The position numbers and the translations under genes were made by a program. A stretch of DNA of 42,650 bases. Origin: Planctomycetota bacterium (lineage in GTDB: Bacteria; Planctomycetota; UBA8108; UBA1146). This document shows positions 39,357 to 42,650 of the stretch, one piece after another. Where the stretch lies: assembly GCA_036338595.1 (NCBI GenBank), contig JAYZBV010000027.1, forward strand, positions 1 to 42,650, read 5' to 3'. The stretch's first letter is position 1. Every line of letters starts with the position of its first letter. The notes beneath the pieces were generated by a model that was not told where the DNA came from, did no database searches, and saw only the letters and a program-made list of their open reading frames with translations.

Positions 39357-39441
39357 TTTGAAGATGCTGATACCTGGATCCACACTGTCCACAAATCAAT
39401 CCCGCTAAAGTAAACACAGATGAAATGGGAGCGTTGTCGAT

Positions 39442-39966
39442 ATGAACCGTAACTACATGCCAAAGCTGGTGATGGCCGCAGTCGTGTACCTCTCTGGTTG
39501 TGCTCCGATGCAAGTGGTCACTTCATCGGGACAAACCGCAGAGGATCTATTTTCTCACTTCCAGGGCCTGGAAGGTGCGTGGACCTCGACCCCCGATTCA
39601 GAAGAAATGCTTCCATCGACCGTAACCTATCACACCATCGCGAATGGAAGTGCCGTTGTGGAAACGGCCTTTGCGGGCACTCCCTACGAGATGATCTCGG
39701 TCATCTTCATGGATGAGGATCAGTTACTGATGACCCACTACTGTGCCGCCCGCAATCAGCCTCACCTGGTCGCCCGGGAGATCACGGATGGCAGTGTTCA
39801 TTTTGTGACGGATCATGTGACCAATCACGCAGATCCAGACGCCTTGTACATGGGTGAAGCCAGATGGGTGTTTACCGACGAAAACCATCTGCAAACCAGA
39901 TGGTGGAGTTTTCAGAATGGCGAGATGGGCGAACCTCTCACCTTCAACATGACCAGAATCGACTAG
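39442..39966 (+). CDS. Hypothetical lipoprotein with a THYC..NQP motif
   Basis: Lipobox LSGC, LEGAW, LMTHYCAARNQP; GGGAG SD. Confidence 0.72.
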   Translation: MNRNYMPKLVMAAVVYLSGCAPMQVVTSSGQTAEDLFSHFQGLEGAWTSTPDSEEMLPSTVTYHTIANGSAVVETAFAGTPYEMISVIFMDEDQLLMTHYCAARNQPHLVAREITDGSVHFVTDHVTNHADPDALYMGEARWVFTDENHLQTRWWSFQNGEMGEPLTFNMTRID

Positions 39967-39977
39967 CAGTCACTTCC

Positions 39978-41441
39978 CTATCCGAAGAACTCGGGAACCG
40001 CCTCTGCCTTGACCAGCTCCCGCGGCTGCTTCAGGTGATTGAGGACCATCGTTTCCGGTTCGATGCCGAAGGAATGGTAGATCGAAGCGAGTAGTTGCTT
40101 CGGGTGCACGGGATCGCGAAGCGGTGCAGAGCCGGTCTCATCCGATTCTCCATGCACATAGCCTCGCTTGATGCCTGCTCCAGCCAGGACTGCCGTGTAG
40201 CAGTATGGCCAGTGATCTCGACCATCGTCGGTGTTGGCATTGCCGGAGGTGCTGACTCCGCGCTGAGGGCTGCGACCAAACTCACCCACCGCAACGACCA
40301 GCGTCTCATCGAGCATTCCTCTTTCATCGAGGTCCTCGATCAGTGTTGCCAGTCCGGAATCGAGCATCGGGGCCGATTGCGTCTTCATCCTTTTCGACAG
40401 ATCGACATGAACATCCCAGGAGTGATTGTCGGAGTTCGCGACCTTCGGCCAGATCACCTCGACAACGCGAGTCCCCGCTTCGATCAACCGGCGAGCTAGC
40501 AAGCAACTCTGGCCAAAGGTGTTGCGTCCATAGCGCTCGCGAAGTTTGAACGACTCCTGCTCGAGATTGAAAGCTTCACGAGCCTTGCCCGAGACGATCA
40601 GATTGATCGCTTTCTTGTAGTAGTCGTTGAGTTCATATTCCGACACTGCCTTGTCGATCTCTGGCATCGCCTCGTTGATGGCATCGCGAATCCGCGCTCT
40701 CCGTTGCAAGCGATGCGCAAAGACCCCTGGGGCCATCGACAGGTCATCGACCTTGATATTGTCCATCTTGGACATGTTCAGGTCGTCGCCAGGAGGGAAC
40801 AGGTAGTAAGGATCATAGGACTTGCCGAGAAACCCTGCAGTCCCCCCCTTGCCAACCACATTGCTCTCTTGCAGCGGCCTCGGCAGCATCACAAATGGCA
40901 ACATCGGAACTTCTGGTGGGCGCATCCTCACCAGTTGCGATCCGAAGTTCGGGAAATCCTTGGGACTGGGCGGCTCCAGCTGGCCGGAAGGACTGACCTT
41001 GTCGGTCGTGTAACCCGTCATCATCTGATAGATCGCAGCGGTATGATTGAACAACCCATGGGGCGTATAACTCATCGAGCGAATCATCGTCATCTTGTCG
41101 TTGACCTGTGCGAGTTTCGGCAGCAACTCGGTAAAATGCACTCCAGGGAGTTTCGTGGGAATACTATCGAAGACGCTCTTGACGTTATCAGGGACATCTT
41201 CCTTGGGGTCCCACAGGTCGATGTGACTCGGCCCGCCTTGCAAGTAGATCATGATGATACTCTTGGCCTTGGCCCAGCCTGGAGCGCTCTTGACGGCCTC
41301 TCTTGCGAAGGCCTGCATCTCGAATACGGATCCCAGAGTCAAGCCAAGGAATCCCGCACCACCGATGCGCATCAGATCGCGTCGGGTCATCGAACCCGAA
41401 TCACAAAGATCGGAACAGTCATCTCCGGGTAGCCTCAGCAT
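39978..41441 (-). CDS. DUF1501 domain protein
   Basis: TRRDLMRIG twin-Arg-like start, [41 protein letters not shown]. Confidence 0.92.
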   Translation of the reverse strand: MLRLPGDDCSDLCDSGSMTRRDLMRIGGAGFLGLTLGSVFEMQAFAREAVKSAPGWAKAKSIIMIYLQGGPSHIDLWDPKEDVPDNVKSVFDSIPTKLPGVHFTELLPKLAQVNDKMTMIRSMSYTPHGLFNHTAAIYQMMTGYTTDKVSPSGQLEPPSPKDFPNFGSQLVRMRPPEVPMLPFVMLPRPLQESNVVGKGGTAGFLGKSYDPYYLFPPGDDLNMSKMDNIKVDDLSMAPGVFAHRLQRRARIRDAINEAMPEIDKAVSEYELNDYYKKAINLIVSGKAREAFNLEQESFKLRERYGRNTFGQSCLLARRLIEAGTRVVEVIWPKVANSDNHSWDVHVDLSKRMKTQSAPMLDSGLATLIEDLDERGMLDETLVVAVGEFGRSPQRGVSTSGNANTDDGRDHWPYCYTAVLAGAGIKRGYVHGESDETGSAPLRDPVHPKQLLASIYHSFGIEPETMVLNHLKQPRELVKAEAVPEFFG

Positions 41442-41467
41442 CTTGTCACCTTTCTCTTCAGGGTCGA

Positions 41468-42650
41468 TCAGTGGTTGAACAGGAACGCCGGGCTATTGAT
41501 CAGTGCCCAGGCGATGTCATGTACCACTGTCACCCTCCGATTCTTCAGTTGCTGCTCGCTCAACTTCACCGCTCGTTCCAGGCGCACCAGTTTTGGTATC
41601 GCCGGTACAGGAACCTCCACTCGCGAGAGCTTCTCTTGCAGTTTTTTCAAATCCGGATCTACCGGCCTCGGCACCTTTGCCTCGGCCACCTTCTTCTTGT
41701 GTTCCTGCGAACCCGGATCGCTATCCGTGAAAAAAGTGAGCAGCAACGCGAGTTGCTCTTCACTGCGTTGATTCTCTTCCACATCGAGTATCTCTGCGAT
41801 GTTCAGGGGAAGACCAAAGTCCACGGGAACCTGAGAAGTCGTCGCCCAGACGCGAAATCTGCCAAAGGTGTGATTCGCATCGTAATTATGATGAAACGTG
41901 AATGACAGGCTCGAGCCGGCTCCGCCGATCGACTCCTTCAATTCGTAGCTAGCCTGGTGATCCGCGCCCATTTTTGGAGCGATGGCCCAGCCAGTGTTGT
42001 CGATCTTGCCGTCGATGGAGAGGGAGACATCGTAATTGGTCTGGCTGAAGTCTGCCTTGGGATTGTGTAGGACCAACCGGGTGGGTTCTGGAGTCGCATC
42101 CCCTACCGCCTCTGGAGTCCAATCAACCTGGATCTCCGAGAGCACGAAGTTGCCATTGCCCCTACCCGGCCCACCACCGGTAAACCGTGCATCGGCGAGT
42201 GCCTCGATCCGGATCGCCGTCATTGCTTCCAGATCTGTCGAAGCCGTGAAGGTATAAGTGCCCATGCCGCTCTTGCCGGTGACGAAAACTGCCCCGTCAT
42301 CCTCGAGTTCCATCGTTGCACCGTTTGATGCACTCAGGTTTTCTGGCTTCAACAGCATCCAGCGGGTCGAGGACTCCTGGCCTTGCTGCCACTCCAGCAA
42401 CTTCTCCGGAACCGTCTTGCTGTATGCGACCTGCTCCGACAGTGCCAGTTCGATCATCTCTTGCTGCTTGCGATCGAGTTCTGCCTCCCGCGGCGCAATT
42501 TCCTCCTCATAGGCAACCACTTCTCCCCGGGCATCGTCGATGTCTACCTGGCGCACCTGTTCCAGCTGGTCAACGATTTGCTTGGCTTCATCCTGAAACA
42601 ATTCGAATTCCTGTTTCAATGCCAGATGATCGCCCTCGATGATCCCAAAC
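41468..42650 (-). CDS. C-terminal part of a large planctomycete DUF1549/DUF1553-type protein (runs off the window end)
   Basis: Frame stays open to the edge ([11 protein letters not shown] before TTG 42619); coiled coils, GPGR..GNFVLSE domain, terminal [16 protein letters not shown]; directly upstream of DUF1501. Confidence 0.75.
   Translation of the reverse strand, partial: FGIIEGDHLALKQEFELFQDEAKQIVDQLEQVRQVDIDDARGEVVAYEEEIAPREAELDRKQQEMIELALSEQVAYSKTVPEKLLEWQQGQESSTRWMLLKPENLSASNGATMELEDDGAVFVTGKSGMGTYTFTASTDLEAMTAIRIEALADARFTGGGPGRGNGNFVLSEIQVDWTPEAVGDATPEPTRLVLHNPKADFSQTNYDVSLSIDGKIDNTGWAIAPKMGADHQASYELKESIGGAGSSLSFTFHHNYDANHTFGRFRVWATTSQVPVDFGLPLNIAEILDVEENQRSEEQLALLLTFFTDSDPGSQEHKKKVAEAKVPRPVDPDLKKLQEKLSRVEVPVPAIPKLVRLERAVKLSEQQLKNRRVTVVHDIAWALINSPAFLFNH

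Overview
This is a gene-dense, GC-rich bacterial chromosome segment, most likely Planctomycetota, judged from the DUF1501 plus DUF1549/1553-type gene pair and the GGAGLGKT P-loop in AtpD. In order it holds: (1) the 5' part of a secreted protein of unknown function whose Shine-Dalgarno (SD) sits inside a long leader hairpin; (2) a complete F1Fo ATP synthase operon (atpZ/I-atpI-B-E-F-H-A-G-D-C) with a clear promoter and terminator; (3) a TPR/HEXXH metallopeptidase divergent from clpC; (4) an ~18.5 kb minus-strand, tightly coupled gene run starting at icd; (5) mutM and topA, divergently arranged; (6) exported proteins (PmoA-like/DUF6807 lipoprotein, alpha/beta hydrolase, small lipoprotein); (7) a DUF1501 gene and the end of a DUF1553-type gene. 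The icd run is the most interesting part. It carries a complete 4-hydroxyproline-to-2-oxoglutarate pathway (epimerase, D-hydroxyproline dehydrogenase subunits, Pyr4H2C deaminase, 2-oxoglutarate semialdehyde dehydrogenase). Interleaved with it are an O-methyltransferase, a GT4 glycosyltransferase, an uncharacterised enolase/OYE/Nramp-like/DUF993 block, a BtuCDF-type ABC importer and an EamA transporter. No rRNA, tRNA, CRISPR array or mobile element was seen. All family assignments come from motif recognition by eye, not database searches.
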